From contig OZ240248.1 of NCBI GenBank assembly GCA_965198235.1, positions 1,856,001 to 1,920,000 on the forward strand: a stretch of 64,000 nucleotides of DNA, in the 5' to 3' direction. Every line of letters begins with the position of its first letter. Positions within the stretch are counted from its first letter, which is position 1. Under the pieces are notes generated by a model. That model was not told the origin of the DNA. It ran no database searches and worked only from the letters and a program-made list of their open reading frames with translations. The position numbers and the translations under genes were made by a program. Positions 1 to 10,634 of the stretch are shown here, piece by piece. This DNA comes from Candidatus Poribacteria bacterium. GTDB taxonomy: Bacteria > Poribacteria > WGA-4E > WGA-3G.

Positions 1-61
1 TTCACCAGACACCATCGTGGAACGATGAGCGTTTGGCCATAGTTAGAAAGAAGTAAAAAAA

Positions 62-1447
62 ATGAAAAACACATCCATCGCTTTGATACTTATCGGTAGT
101 CTGCTCTTGGTTTCCGCTAACAGTTATGGAGCGGTTACTTCTGTCGGAGAGATTAACGTCGTAGGCGAAACAGAGGGCATTGTTCCTGCTACTTCGACTG
201 TGCCGCTCATCGTGACGCTTGTAATTGACCGGTCATTGGCAGAGCCGGGCGAAGAAATTAAAACTATTGAGATCATGATGCCGTTCGGATTTCTAACCCA
301 ATCATCCTATTTCAAAGGCATCTCGCGTGACGGAAACCAGATTGTAGCAAGGGCGGTAGTCTCTGGCGGAAGTGTTTTGCGCGTTGAACTCGCAGACGCT
401 ATCGTTGATTTTCAGAATTCGCTCTATGAAATTGTCTTTGAGTGTCAGACACCCAATACGCTTATCTTGGAGGCAGTTTTCAGAGTACGGCTACGTAATC
501 TGCAAGACGGTCCAATCGGTGAATTTATCCGACCGGGGCAGGCAGACGGAAAACTCAACAACGACAATTTTACCTTACAGGTAATTCCGAATGTACCACC
601 TGACCCTGTTATAGGTTTTACCGCTGAACCCGATGGAACCGGAGAAAACGATGTGACGCTACGTTGGCAGAAATCATCAGACCCGGATGTCAGCGGCTAT
701 CTCATCTACAGGGACAAGGAAGATCCTATTAAGGTCGAAAACCGTTCTTCAACGACGTATCGCGATGTAAATGTTCTCCCAGGAAACCATGTCTATCAGA
801 TCACCGCTTACAAGACGCTTTTCTTGCAATCGGAACGTTCGCCAATACAAACGGTGGACGTATCACCGGACACGGCTCCACCAGAGCCCCCGATAATGCT
901 CAGTGTTATTAACTCAAGTGATGGCGTTGAAGTTTTGTGGAAACCGAGCGTCAGTCGTGACGTGATAGCATATCAGGTCTTATTTGGATCGGGGGCCAGT
1001 GAACCTGAGCCTCTCTCCAACGGTGAGATCCGTGAGATAAAAACGGAATATAGATTTATTGATGGTCGTTCTTTGGATACAGGCAGTTTTACTTACGCTG
1101 TCATCGCCATTGACGAGGCAAATAACGAATCCATCCCTGTAGAAAAAAGGCTTCGTATTTTTGACAAACCCTATCCGAACCCTTTTACACCGCTTTCTCC
1201 AGACGAGGATTTCAATCGGGTTGTCTTCCCCGCGCGCGCACTTGAAGAAATATCGGGTGAATTCACGGTGCTCATCTTTGACATTGACGGAATGCTCGTC
1301 AGGACTTTGACCGCACTACCGGGTGAAACGGAGCTGATTTGGGATGGACACGACGAATCCGGTGAAATTGTGGAAAGCGGCGTTTACGTCTATCAACTTC
1401 AAGTGGGAGAGAGTTTTAAGACAGGGACTTTAATTGTTGCGAAGTAG
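62..1447 (+). CDS. Secreted protein with fibronectin type III domains and C-terminal FlgD-Ig-like domain
   Basis: Signal peptide; two FN3-like segments (VTLRWQKSSDPDVSGYLIYR, VEVLWKPSVSRDVIAYQV); C-terminal YPNPFTP...IFDIDGMLVRTL...WDGHDESG...SGVYVYQL. Confidence 0.75.
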   Translation: MKNTSIALILIGSLLLVSANSYGAVTSVGEINVVGETEGIVPATSTVPLIVTLVIDRSLAEPGEEIKTIEIMMPFGFLTQSSYFKGISRDGNQIVARAVVSGGSVLRVELADAIVDFQNSLYEIVFECQTPNTLILEAVFRVRLRNLQDGPIGEFIRPGQADGKLNNDNFTLQVIPNVPPDPVIGFTAEPDGTGENDVTLRWQKSSDPDVSGYLIYRDKEDPIKVENRSSTTYRDVNVLPGNHVYQITAYKTLFLQSERSPIQTVDVSPDTAPPEPPIMLSVINSSDGVEVLWKPSVSRDVIAYQVLFGSGASEPEPLSNGEIREIKTEYRFIDGRSLDTGSFTYAVIAIDEANNESIPVEKRLRIFDKPYPNPFTPLSPDEDFNRVVFPARALEEISGEFTVLIFDIDGMLVRTLTALPGETELIWDGHDESGEIVESGVYVYQLQVGESFKTGTLIVAK

Positions 1448-1562
1448 GGGATGTACATAACATTAAAACGCATCCTCGCAACAGTATGGCGTTTTAATTT
1501 TTTCTCGGTAGGGTTCCTATTGCTTTCAACGTCCCAGTCCCTTGGGTGCTTGGGAAAATGTA

Positions 1563-1597
1563 TTGACTTAATTTCCAATTCAAGGTTATAGTATAAT
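1563..1597 (+). promoter_or_regulatory. Probable sigma70 promoter
   Basis: TTGACT at 1563 followed by overlapping TATAGT/TATAAT about 18-23 nt downstream, upstream of the 1731 gene. Confidence 0.45.
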
Positions 1598-1730
1598 TTT
1601 ATTAGCAAGTCGCTGGGCTTGCTAAACTGCACTACGCTTTATAACGGCAAGTTTTTGGAGATCTGCAAGCTGCACCCAAAAGAATCTGCTGTTAGCACAC
1701 ATTTTTATGAATAAAGGAGATGCAATAACA

Positions 1731-2750
1731 ATGAACAGGCTTGAGTCACGCCTACTAAGAGGAGTAATACTACTCGCGGTCCTCGGCATTTTGGGAGCCG
1801 TTCTACCGGCGTTAGGAAATTGGAGCATTTTACAAGAACGCGATCCAGAAGTTCGGGATTACATGTCAATCGCTTTTACAAGCAAGAGTACCGGTTGGGT
1901 AGTCGGTGCCGCATCCTTTGAAGACTTTGAAAATCCAGGTTTCATCGGATATACCATGGATGGTGGTAAAACGTGGCAAAAATCGGAAATCAAAATTTCT
2001 GCCGATTTGGCAGAAGTGTACTTCCTTGATGATAAACATGGTTGGGCTGTCGGCGCGGACGGTACAATAGTCGGGACGGGTAATGGTAGAGACTGGGAAA
2101 TGCAAACCAGTAAGGTTGGCAACGGACTTAAAGGCATTTATTTTGCTAATAAAGACGTAGGGTACGCAGTAGGAGAAAGTGACACCATTCTCTCTACGAA
2201 AAACGGTGGACGTTCATGGAAGGTGCTCCAAGGCGGACAACTCGGTGCTATTGGCGATGACGATGCAAATATGTACAATGCAATTCAGTTTCTTGACGAA
2301 GAGACTGGATGGATTGCCGGAGTCCGCGTTAGCCCCAGTACACAAGGTCAGCATGCCTTGATCCAGAAAACGATGGATGGTGGACAGACTTGGGTCACAC
2401 AAGGGACCAACAAAGAGGATATCCTTGAAGACATCTTTTTCCTTGATGCATCCATGGGATGGGCGGTCGGTGAAAATGGTGTAATCCTTCACACCACTGA
2501 CGGCGGCGAAACGTGGAAAGAGCAAGTTAGTGGCACAGAAGAAACACTACGAAGTGTCGGGTTTGCAGATGAGAAAAACGGATGGGCTGCCGGTGGAGAC
2601 TTTGGCGTCGGTGCCATCCTACGCACCAGCGATGGCGGCAAAACTTGGGAACTTGAAGATTCCAGAGAAAAATTAGTTAAAGTTTTTGTGCTTGATGGAC
2701 AGAATGTATGGTTAGCAAGTTCTACTGGTGCTATAATGCAGGCAGAATAA
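1731..2750 (+). CDS. YCF48-like / BNR (Asp-box) beta-propeller secreted protein
   Basis: Repeated GWAVG..G.I..T.DGG.TW motifs; signal peptide; AAGGAG upstream of ATG 1731. Confidence 0.8.
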   Translation: MNRLESRLLRGVILLAVLGILGAVLPALGNWSILQERDPEVRDYMSIAFTSKSTGWVVGAASFEDFENPGFIGYTMDGGKTWQKSEIKISADLAEVYFLDDKHGWAVGADGTIVGTGNGRDWEMQTSKVGNGLKGIYFANKDVGYAVGESDTILSTKNGGRSWKVLQGGQLGAIGDDDANMYNAIQFLDEETGWIAGVRVSPSTQGQHALIQKTMDGGQTWVTQGTNKEDILEDIFFLDASMGWAVGENGVILHTTDGGETWKEQVSGTEETLRSVGFADEKNGWAAGGDFGVGAILRTSDGGKTWELEDSREKLVKVFVLDGQNVWLASSTGAIMQAE

Positions 2751-2940
2751 ATAGCCATCAGCAGTCGGCTTTCAGCCTGCTTCGCAGTGAGAACCAGAGC
2801 TCCTTGTGGCAGGTGAAAACGTTCGCAATACCCACAACGATCTACTGGCAACCTTAACCATCAACTCGGGTTTCCTTAACACTTTTATCAATGTGCGAGT
2901 TGATGGTTAAAGCCGATAGCCAATACGCGGAGGTATAATT

Positions 2941-4113
2941 TTGGAAGTATCCACATTCGCGACGCGGATGAGTCGATTAGGCACAGAATCCGCATTTGAA
3001 GTCTTAGCCAAAGCCAAACAACTGGAAGCGCAAGGCAAAGACATCATCCACTTAGAGATAGGGCAGCCGGATTTTCCAACGCCGATTAATATTATTGAGG
3101 CAGCGTACAAAGCGATGAAAGACGGGCATACCGGTTACTGTCCATCTGCTGGTGTACCGGAGTTTCGCGAGGTTATTGCGCAACATATAACCGAGACGCG
3201 GGGCGTTACCATACACCCTGACGAAGTCACGGTAACACCGGGAGCGAAACCTATTATTTTCTTCACTATTTTGGCTTTAATCGATGATGGTGATGAGGTA
3301 ATTTATCCCGAACCCGGTTTCCCCGTCTACGAATCTGTTATCGACTTCATCGGCGGAAATGCCGTACCGCTACTCCTTCGCGAGGAGGTAGACTTCCGAT
3401 TCCGGCTTGACGATCTTGAGGCTGCAATCTCTGACCGGACGAAACTACTGATTCTCAACTCACCTCAGAACCCTACAGGGGGCACGCTAACCGCTGAAGA
3501 CCTTGAGGCAATCGCGGAGCTCGCACAGAAACACAATTTTTATGTGTTGACAGACGAAGTCTATTCACGCATTCTCTATGAAGGTAAACACCACAGCGTC
3601 CTCAGTCTGCCCGGCATGAAGGAACGAACAATTCTGATCGAAGGGCATTCTAAAACTTATGCAATGACAGGATGGCGGTTGGGTTACGGTATTGCCCCCC
3701 AAGCAATCGCTGATAAAATCACACAATTAACTATTAACTCCAACTCCTGTACTGCCACCTTCACACAGCTCGCAGGGATAGAGGCACTGACAGGACAGCA
3801 AACCTCTGTTACCCAGATGGTTTCAGAATTTCAGAAACGACGCGACGCAATTGTAGATGGACTGAATGCAATTGAAGGAGTCAGCTGCATCAAACCGCTC
3901 GGTGCCTTCTATGTGTTTCCCAATGTTACACAGCTGCCGCTTTCGTGTGAAGCACTCGCTGATTATCTCATGGAGGAAGCAGATATTGCCCTATTGCCTG
4001 GTACCTCTTTCGGCAAATATGGTGATGGTTACCTTCGTCTTTCGTATGCCAATTCGTTAGATAATATCCAAGAGGCATTAGACAGAATGGCAACTGCAAT
4101 CTCGAAGTTGTAG
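2941..4113 (+). CDS. PLP-dependent aminotransferase class I/II (aspartate aminotransferase-like)
   Basis: NSPQNPTG, DEVY, SKTYAMTGWRLG (PLP lysine); GGAGG RBS before TTG. Confidence 0.9.
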   Translation: MEVSTFATRMSRLGTESAFEVLAKAKQLEAQGKDIIHLEIGQPDFPTPINIIEAAYKAMKDGHTGYCPSAGVPEFREVIAQHITETRGVTIHPDEVTVTPGAKPIIFFTILALIDDGDEVIYPEPGFPVYESVIDFIGGNAVPLLLREEVDFRFRLDDLEAAISDRTKLLILNSPQNPTGGTLTAEDLEAIAELAQKHNFYVLTDEVYSRILYEGKHHSVLSLPGMKERTILIEGHSKTYAMTGWRLGYGIAPQAIADKITQLTINSNSCTATFTQLAGIEALTGQQTSVTQMVSEFQKRRDAIVDGLNAIEGVSCIKPLGAFYVFPNVTQLPLSCEALADYLMEEADIALLPGTSFGKYGDGYLRLSYANSLDNIQEALDRMATAISKL

Positions 4114-4119
4114 CACTTT

Positions 4120-4246
4120 GTATCAGCTATCAGCCTTCAGCAATCGGCTATCAGCAAAGAGGTTCTCTTTCTCAGACTCTCCCACGCGCTTCAAAAGCTT
4201 TGTATCAGTAGGCGTGGGCGAGTCTGTGCTGACCGCTGACTGCTAT
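4120..4246. repeat. 7-mer-based palindromic repeat (family F3: cagctatcagc...gctgactgct)
   Basis: Tandem heptamers on both arms; related copies at ~2750, 23540-23695, 31880-32005, 43921-44016 (in recG) and 59560-59600. Confidence 0.7.
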
Positions 4247-4266
4247 TCCTGACAGGAATCTCTTGT

Positions 4267-5223
4267 ATGCCTCCTACTTTTAACCGAAAAGCTACCGCGC
4301 GGATCCCAGCAAGCACAACGAATCTGGGACCCGGATTCGACGTGTTAGGGCTCGCTCTTCAGCTCTATAGTACGGTTACGTTAGAACCTTCTGAAACCGA
4401 CACTGAAGTTATTGTGAGCGGCGTAGATGCCGATAAAATACCAAGTACGCCGGCGCATGTCGCGTTTCAAGCGGTAGAACTTGTTTTCCACCGAAGCGAA
4501 GCGAAACGCCCGAAAGGCTTCAGATTGCAGATAGAAAATGGGATACCTGCAATTCGTGGTCTGGGTGGCAGTGGAACAGCCATTCTTGGTGGGTTGCTCA
4601 CTGCAAACGCGCTCTGCGATACTCCATTTTCTGACGCAGAACTCCTCAACTTTGCGACAGAACTGGAAGGGCATCCGGATAACGTCGCCGCCTCATTGTA
4701 TGGTGGACTCGTCGTTTCAGCACAGGAGGATGCTCAGGTTCATACCGTTCGATTAGAATGTCCGTCCCTCCTTTCGATTGTATTGGCAATTCCCGATTTC
4801 CCACTGTCAACAGAACAAGCACGAGGGGTATTACCAACATCAGTGGGTTTTGCAGATGCAATCTACAATACAAGCCGGAGCACACTGCTAATCGCCAGCA
4901 TTGCCACGGGGCAATTTGAAATGTTGCGTGTTGCGATGAAGGATAGGCTGCATCAACCTTACCGGACTTCGCTGATTCCAGGATTTGATGATGTGGCAGA
5001 AGCCGCTACCACCGCTGGGGCACTTAGCGTCGCATTGAGTGGAGCAGGACCAACTGTCGCAGCCTATTGTCTGGAGCACACAGAACAGGTTGCTGAGAAG
5101 ATGCAAGCTGCCTTCAAAAAGCATCAGATCGCTTCTGATATTAAAATTTTGAAGCCGGATGCTCGCGGGGCAATCGTTAGAAAGGTGAATTTTGACGCGA
5201 CTGAGGAGATGTACGATTTTTAA
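4267..5223 (+). CDS. thrB: Homoserine kinase
   Basis: PASTTNLGPGFDVLGLAL, GLGGSG, EGHPDN, DRLHQPYR, LSGAGPT. Confidence 0.95.
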   Translation: MPPTFNRKATARIPASTTNLGPGFDVLGLALQLYSTVTLEPSETDTEVIVSGVDADKIPSTPAHVAFQAVELVFHRSEAKRPKGFRLQIENGIPAIRGLGGSGTAILGGLLTANALCDTPFSDAELLNFATELEGHPDNVAASLYGGLVVSAQEDAQVHTVRLECPSLLSIVLAIPDFPLSTEQARGVLPTSVGFADAIYNTSRSTLLIASIATGQFEMLRVAMKDRLHQPYRTSLIPGFDDVAEAATTAGALSVALSGAGPTVAAYCLEHTEQVAEKMQAAFKKHQIASDIKILKPDARGAIVRKVNFDATEEMYDF

Positions 5224-5387
5224 GACTTTTTATCCGCTCATAATTCAGAGTCGGTTAGACTTAGCCGAAAACCGGGGTCCCCGCCCGTTACTGGGGAAGG
5301 GGTTTTTGATAGGGTATTTCTTCGGATTTCTTCGGATTTCTTCGATGAAACATAGTGGAACGATGTCCAGGTTTTAATAGTTAAAAA
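5183..5387. repeat. Composite repeat (family F1) carrying an A/C-rich modular insert on the minus strand
   Basis: Matches 48468-48510 and 48549-48610; inserted ggggtttttgatagggtatttc(ttcggatttc)2. Confidence 0.7.
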
Positions 5388-5388
5388 C

Positions 5389-8256
5389 ATGTCAAATTTT
5401 CATGCGGAAAACATTGCATCAATACTGAATAAGTTCGATTCCAATATGGATCAGGGGCTGAGTGCCGAAGCCTTTCAGAGGGCGAAAGCACGGCACGGTA
5501 AGAACGAGATGTCCCCAGAGGAAGACGCGTTTCCTTTTAAAGCGTTTCTGAGATCGTTGCTCACGTGGCGTGTGATTGTTTTGGTAGTCGCGACAGTCAT
5601 CCTTGGTGCTTCCTTAGCCAACGGTACAAGCAACGTTACGCTCTATGCAGTAAGCGTTGTCGGAGCAGTTCTGGTTATTCATGCCGTGTCCGCATACATG
5701 ATGGAACACCGCATTCGCAGCCGTGATACCAGCCATAATAGACTCATGGTGCATAGTATCAAGGTTATTCGACAAGGGAAATTAGATGAGTGCGCGCCAG
5801 AGGACATCGTGCCTGGGGACCTACTCCCTTTCAGCGCAGGCGACTATGTGCCTGCTGATGCCAGGATCATTGAATCAGAAGGTCTTATGATTGACGAGTC
5901 TGTGCTCTTTGGCACCGAGGAACCTGTGCAAAAGGTAGGGATAGATATTCAAGATAGTACTTTACCGCCTCAAAAACAGAGAAACATGGCGTTCGGCGGG
6001 ACATATATTGTAGCGGGGCATGGACTTGCAATCGTTGTGCAGACCGGGAGGCAATTGGAAATATGGAAACAACGTCCGGATGCACGTCCAACCCTCGTCG
6101 CGAATACCCTCGCTGAAAGTGAGACAAGAGGTTTATATACGACTATAAAAGTTGTAGGTTTGGTTGTGGGAGGTGTGGTTGTTGCAATCGCGTGGTGGTT
6201 TGAATATCAGAATCATGCTACCGATTGGCAATCTCTAATCCATTTAGGGATGCTATTTGCTGTCGCATCTGCCCCGCAAGATGTGATTCAACTGCTCCGT
6301 TTATTCTTTTCTAAACACGCCCAAAGATTGTTGGAAAAAGGGGTTGTGCTACGAAATTCACGGAGTCTTGAAAAGCTGAGTCGCATTACCACTTTTTTTG
6401 CTAATGAAGACGGACTCTCCACCACACGCTCACTAACAATTTCAAGTCTTTTCGTCGATGAACAACTGGTTGATGGCAAAACATGGAGTGCGTGGTTAAA
6501 TTCTCTCAAAGAGTTGACCCCTGCAGAGCGTCAAAAAGCTATTGAAACAATGTCCCCTGGCGGAAAAATCCCACAGGGTGCCCCGCATTTAGTGTTCACA
6601 GCGGGACTTGGTGCCTCTGATGGGCAGGATACAGACAGTGCCGACCTCTTTAACACACGGACAACTTCAGAAGCCATGTCTTCCGAGATGGGACTGTCCC
6701 CACAGATCGCCCTCCAAGAGGATGTGAAAAAACTCGGCTACCAACTGAAAAGTGTGAAGACTCGACTTCCGTTGGTGAACACGTATCCCTTCACGCGTAA
6801 CTACCGCTATCAAATGCAAGTATTCGAGTCAGCACCAGAAGATTATCTGAATATCATCTTTGGAGATGCCCGAACAGTGCTTGACACCTGCGGTTATGTA
6901 CTCATTAATGGCGAAGCTACACCCTTATCAGACGACAGATACGAAATGTATCATGAAATCATAGACTATCTGATGAGCACTAAAGCACAGGTCTATGGCG
7001 TAGCCTTTCATTCCTCTGATGTTATTCTGAAACCGCAGGAAATGGAGTACAATCCCATCTTTTTAGGGTTTATCAGTTTTTCTGCCAGCAATGATGAACG
7101 AACCAAGGCGATCCTGAAGTCCAGCCTTGATACTGGACTTAAAATTATCCTCATTACTGAAAGCGAGGAGCAAGAAACAGTCGATCTTGCGAAGGATCTT
7201 GGGCTTATCCACAACCGGAAAGCGGTGGTATCAAGGGAGGAACTTGAAAGTGTCTCGCGTGAACAACTCGATAGTGAAACAGCAAAGTGGATTGCTTATT
7301 CGCAACCAACGTGGCATCAGCGTCGAAATATCGTCCTTAGTTTAAAACGTCAAGGACATGCAATAGGATTTCTGGGTCAAAGTAGGGAAGACCTCCGAGC
7401 AATGACCGTTGCGGATATTACACTTGCGAATAGAGTCGATGCATCACATGTTGTGCAAGCCGCAGCCGATGGACTCATTAACAACGGAGGTTTTCAAGCT
7501 GTAAGAGATGTGCTGCTTCATGCTCGCGAGGCGTACCATAACGCCGCCGGTTTTCTACGGTGGAACTTCTCTTGTACACTCTCCCTACTCCTCACGTTGA
7601 CTTTCGGGACGGTACTACACTATCTCTATAAGATGCCTATGCCATTGACGTTAACACAGATAATTTGGACCCAATTTCTTCTGACCCTATTACCCTCATT
7701 AGTTATAGGCACGGAACGGATATTTGCTGATGAGAAGCATCACCGTCCAACGCTGTTTTCGGGATCGCGCTTCCTTTCAAAAACGACAAGCGTAGACATC
7801 GTTTGCCGTGCTGTGACTATTAGTCTGATGACAATCATTCCTTTCTTCTTTATCCTGTGGCGTTCGCCTGCGTTGTCTGACGCATTCGGTGTTTCAACGT
7901 TAATGAGAGATGTCCTTTCCATTGGAGATATGGGGGATCCAAATACTCTGGATATTGCGATCGCGCGAACGGCAGCGTGTACCACGCTTATTTTCACACA
8001 GATGGCTACATGCTGGCAAGCTTTACGTTATCCATGGGAACCACTGGTTCAGAGGGTGCTCGCGAACTTCTCTCTCATCATTATTTCACTTGTCATTATA
8101 GCACTCCATTTAACGACGCTCTATGTCGAACCTGTGACGCAATTTTTAGGAATGGCGCGCCTCGAATGGGAATGGCAATGGGTGCTCCTGTTTAGCCTAA
8201 CATTACTTCTATTGCCGCTGAATTTGGCAATAGGTTCGCGATCGGACGATAATTAA
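5389..8256 (+). CDS. Type II P-type ATPase-like membrane protein, catalytically degenerate
   Basis: VPGD..GD.VPADARI and overall P-type layout with about 10 TM helices; DKTGT, TGES and GDGVND are replaced. Confidence 0.8.
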   Translation: MSNFHAENIASILNKFDSNMDQGLSAEAFQRAKARHGKNEMSPEEDAFPFKAFLRSLLTWRVIVLVVATVILGASLANGTSNVTLYAVSVVGAVLVIHAVSAYMMEHRIRSRDTSHNRLMVHSIKVIRQGKLDECAPEDIVPGDLLPFSAGDYVPADARIIESEGLMIDESVLFGTEEPVQKVGIDIQDSTLPPQKQRNMAFGGTYIVAGHGLAIVVQTGRQLEIWKQRPDARPTLVANTLAESETRGLYTTIKVVGLVVGGVVVAIAWWFEYQNHATDWQSLIHLGMLFAVASAPQDVIQLLRLFFSKHAQRLLEKGVVLRNSRSLEKLSRITTFFANEDGLSTTRSLTISSLFVDEQLVDGKTWSAWLNSLKELTPAERQKAIETMSPGGKIPQGAPHLVFTAGLGASDGQDTDSADLFNTRTTSEAMSSEMGLSPQIALQEDVKKLGYQLKSVKTRLPLVNTYPFTRNYRYQMQVFESAPEDYLNIIFGDARTVLDTCGYVLINGEATPLSDDRYEMYHEIIDYLMSTKAQVYGVAFHSSDVILKPQEMEYNPIFLGFISFSASNDERTKAILKSSLDTGLKIILITESEEQETVDLAKDLGLIHNRKAVVSREELESVSREQLDSETAKWIAYSQPTWHQRRNIVLSLKRQGHAIGFLGQSREDLRAMTVADITLANRVDASHVVQAAADGLINNGGFQAVRDVLLHAREAYHNAAGFLRWNFSCTLSLLLTLTFGTVLHYLYKMPMPLTLTQIIWTQFLLTLLPSLVIGTERIFADEKHHRPTLFSGSRFLSKTTSVDIVCRAVTISLMTIIPFFFILWRSPALSDAFGVSTLMRDVLSIGDMGDPNTLDIAIARTAACTTLIFTQMATCWQALRYPWEPLVQRVLANFSLIIISLVIIALHLTTLYVEPVTQFLGMARLEWEWQWVLLFSLTLLLLPLNLAIGSRSDDN

Positions 8257-8260
8257 CCTG

Positions 8261-10240
8261 CTATACCCAAAACCCGTAAGTGGGAATACCCGCGATAATT
8301 CCTAAGATTGTCCAGAGACTCCCGACTGTAAACTCCCCCAAGATTAGCCCTAAGAAGAAAGGTGCTATCTTGCGATGCCGAATGACACCGCCGTACTGAA
8401 GAATAAGCCACTTGATTAACCAACTCATGAAAAGGCAACTCCACGTAACATTCATACCCCAACTCGTAGAGATAGCGAACCCTGCGGGATGAAATGGCCA
8501 CCAAACGAACCGCATCCGAAAGAACATCAGCACTGTTGTCAGCAGGAACCCAATGCCCATAAATCCACTTTCAGGGATAAGCGTCTCTTCTGGACCTTGC
8601 AACCATCCCGCAAGGCGACGATACGGCTCTATCCCAAAAGCACTCAAGGAGGGCCAGTACGCACGTATTTCCATGCCTAATCGATAACCCCGGTCGATTA
8701 ATGCCCAAAATCCTGCTAATGATCCTAAAATAGTCGCCAGCGTTAAGGCGAAAATGATACGATTCATCGTCATGTTGGTCCGTTCCATGATTTTGAAGCC
8801 TTCGAGCTGGTGTGGCATCGGGTGACTTCGATGTGCACGATTGATGAACCAAAACATCGAAAACATAACGAGGTTGTCTCTCCCCAACTGTCTTGTTCCG
8901 ACAGTGCGCCTCAAAATTTCATCAGGACCTGAGTAGTGCAAGTCATGCACAGGTGTGCCTAATTCGGCGCGCATCCGGGTTATAGCGATGGAGATCATGT
9001 AATAAATAACGAAAAATGCAAACATCACCCAAAGTTCAGCGCCCCCATAGTAGCAAAAAAGCACAAGGAATGCCATCACCCCGATGAGTCCAAGCGTCGC
9101 GCCACGATAGGACATCGGTTCTTGCGTGCTGCCCCCCGAAGCCGTGTTTACGGTATTTTCCTGTTGGGTGTTCAGGCCGAGAGCTGTTTTTGCCACGTGC
9201 AAAAGGTGTCTGCGACTTGCCCAAATAGCTAAAGCGCACAAAGCAAGGTAACCGCCTGATGCCTGCTCATTCATGTAGGGAAAACGGGGTAGACTACGCA
9301 GTCCAAGGGCAGCACCGAGAACCCGCATAAACCGCCAATACCAGAAGAAAAACCAGCATGAAAACGAAAGGTCAAGCGGAATAAAGAAACCGAGCCCGAT
9401 TGCAAACGGGTAGAGTGAAAACGGGATTCTCCCCATAGCGTTCCACGGGCTCTCCGTAAAGATTTGGAAACTTCGCACACGTGTCCGTAGTTCAGGTAAA
9501 ATCGGATACAGAAAGTTAACACCGTTCCACAGAGCAAGCGCACCAGCAATCCCAAAACCGAGCCACATCAATTTATTCTGAAAGAGGCGATTCTGTGGCG
9601 TTTCTGTCAATTGGAGTGGGAGTTGAATGATGGGGTAACTTAATTTCTCATGTTCGATCCATTGTTTACGAACAATTATATTGATGCAAAGCATGCCGAA
9701 AATCAACACAGTAATAAAGGCAGTCCACCAGAGTACAGGGGTTGCCCAACCGAGCAATGTTTCAACTGTGTAGAGGGGTAGCTCACCCTCATAATAGCCG
9801 AGTAAAAGGGACGGGTCGCTAACGGTGAGCCACTTTGGTAGGAACGGAACAAACAGCTGTTGCCACTCATTTTCTGGAGTAGCAAAGCGAGAGGCATGCC
9901 CTAACATTGGCACCAAGATCTCGAGCATATCGTGACCCGTAATTCCCGAAGCGATGGAAAGCATTAGGTAAACAATGACTAACTCGCTTTGTGCCAGTGC
10001 TAAGTTCGGGACAAAACGACGCAACAGGTAGTTTACACCGATAACCATGAACAGACTGAAAATCACATTGAAAAAGAGGGATATTGTTACAGGGTGACCT
10101 GAATACCGAATAACCTCCATCTCAATAACCCAGTAGCAGTTAATCGGTATTAGAATAACAGCAATAAGAATAGATTTGAGCGTGACACCGTGGGCAGGGA
10201 TTTGTGATGATGTTGGCAAAGAGGAAGTTTCAACTTCCAT
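8261..10240 (-). CDS. DUF6785/DUF6784-type polytopic membrane protein (putative peptide transporter)
   Basis: LxQxELxxVY, RKQWIEHEKLSYPIIQLP, IPLDLSFSCWFF, RMRAELG, WWPFHPAG, PFFLGLILGE; start taken at MEVETSS. Confidence 0.7.
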   Translation of the reverse strand: MEVETSSLPTSSQIPAHGVTLKSILIAVILIPINCYWVIEMEVIRYSGHPVTISLFFNVIFSLFMVIGVNYLLRRFVPNLALAQSELVIVYLMLSIASGITGHDMLEILVPMLGHASRFATPENEWQQLFVPFLPKWLTVSDPSLLLGYYEGELPLYTVETLLGWATPVLWWTAFITVLIFGMLCINIIVRKQWIEHEKLSYPIIQLPLQLTETPQNRLFQNKLMWLGFGIAGALALWNGVNFLYPILPELRTRVRSFQIFTESPWNAMGRIPFSLYPFAIGLGFFIPLDLSFSCWFFFWYWRFMRVLGAALGLRSLPRFPYMNEQASGGYLALCALAIWASRRHLLHVAKTALGLNTQQENTVNTASGGSTQEPMSYRGATLGLIGVMAFLVLFCYYGGAELWVMFAFFVIYYMISIAITRMRAELGTPVHDLHYSGPDEILRRTVGTRQLGRDNLVMFSMFWFINRAHRSHPMPHQLEGFKIMERTNMTMNRIIFALTLATILGSLAGFWALIDRGYRLGMEIRAYWPSLSAFGIEPYRRLAGWLQGPEETLIPESGFMGIGFLLTTVLMFFRMRFVWWPFHPAGFAISTSWGMNVTWSCLFMSWLIKWLILQYGGVIRHRKIAPFFLGLILGEFTVGSLWTILGIIAGIPTYGFWV

Positions 10241-10434
10241 TTTTCTAACTATGGGCCTCCGTTCTGCCCTCCACTGCGTTTCGGGCAGGTTTCTGGTCAT
10301 GTCGCGGTCGCTTTGAAAATTTGTACGAGGTTTAACGAGAAAATTTAGCACTGGTTTGCTTTGTCGCTGAAGTTTTAGAATCATCATAGCGACCGCCACA
10401 AACGCCCGACCGCCATCTGTGAATATCTCCAGAT

Positions 10435-10464
10435 AAATTTATCACAAATTTTACAACATGTCAA
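10435..10464 (-). promoter_or_regulatory. sigma70 promoter for the DUF6785 gene
   Basis: Reverse strand TTGACA-17-TAAATT. Confidence 0.5.
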
Positions 10465-10634
10465 TTTAAAATCTCTTGTACTTCTTAATCTGCCGATTGA
10501 TTTGAAGTCGCTGAGCACCAAGTTGCTTCGGCATAAAATAGACTTTTCTTAATAACTTTTCCGTGTTATGATTACTGCAATATGAGCTTGCAGATTGTGC
10601 CTAAATTGCATCTGTAACAACTCAGGATACACAT

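Noticed and set aside
1508-1540. Similarity to 21597-21627 (gttcct..tttcaacgtcc.agt)
   Set aside because: Too short and gapped, and in opposite orientation relative to the genes; cannot be supported as a shared element
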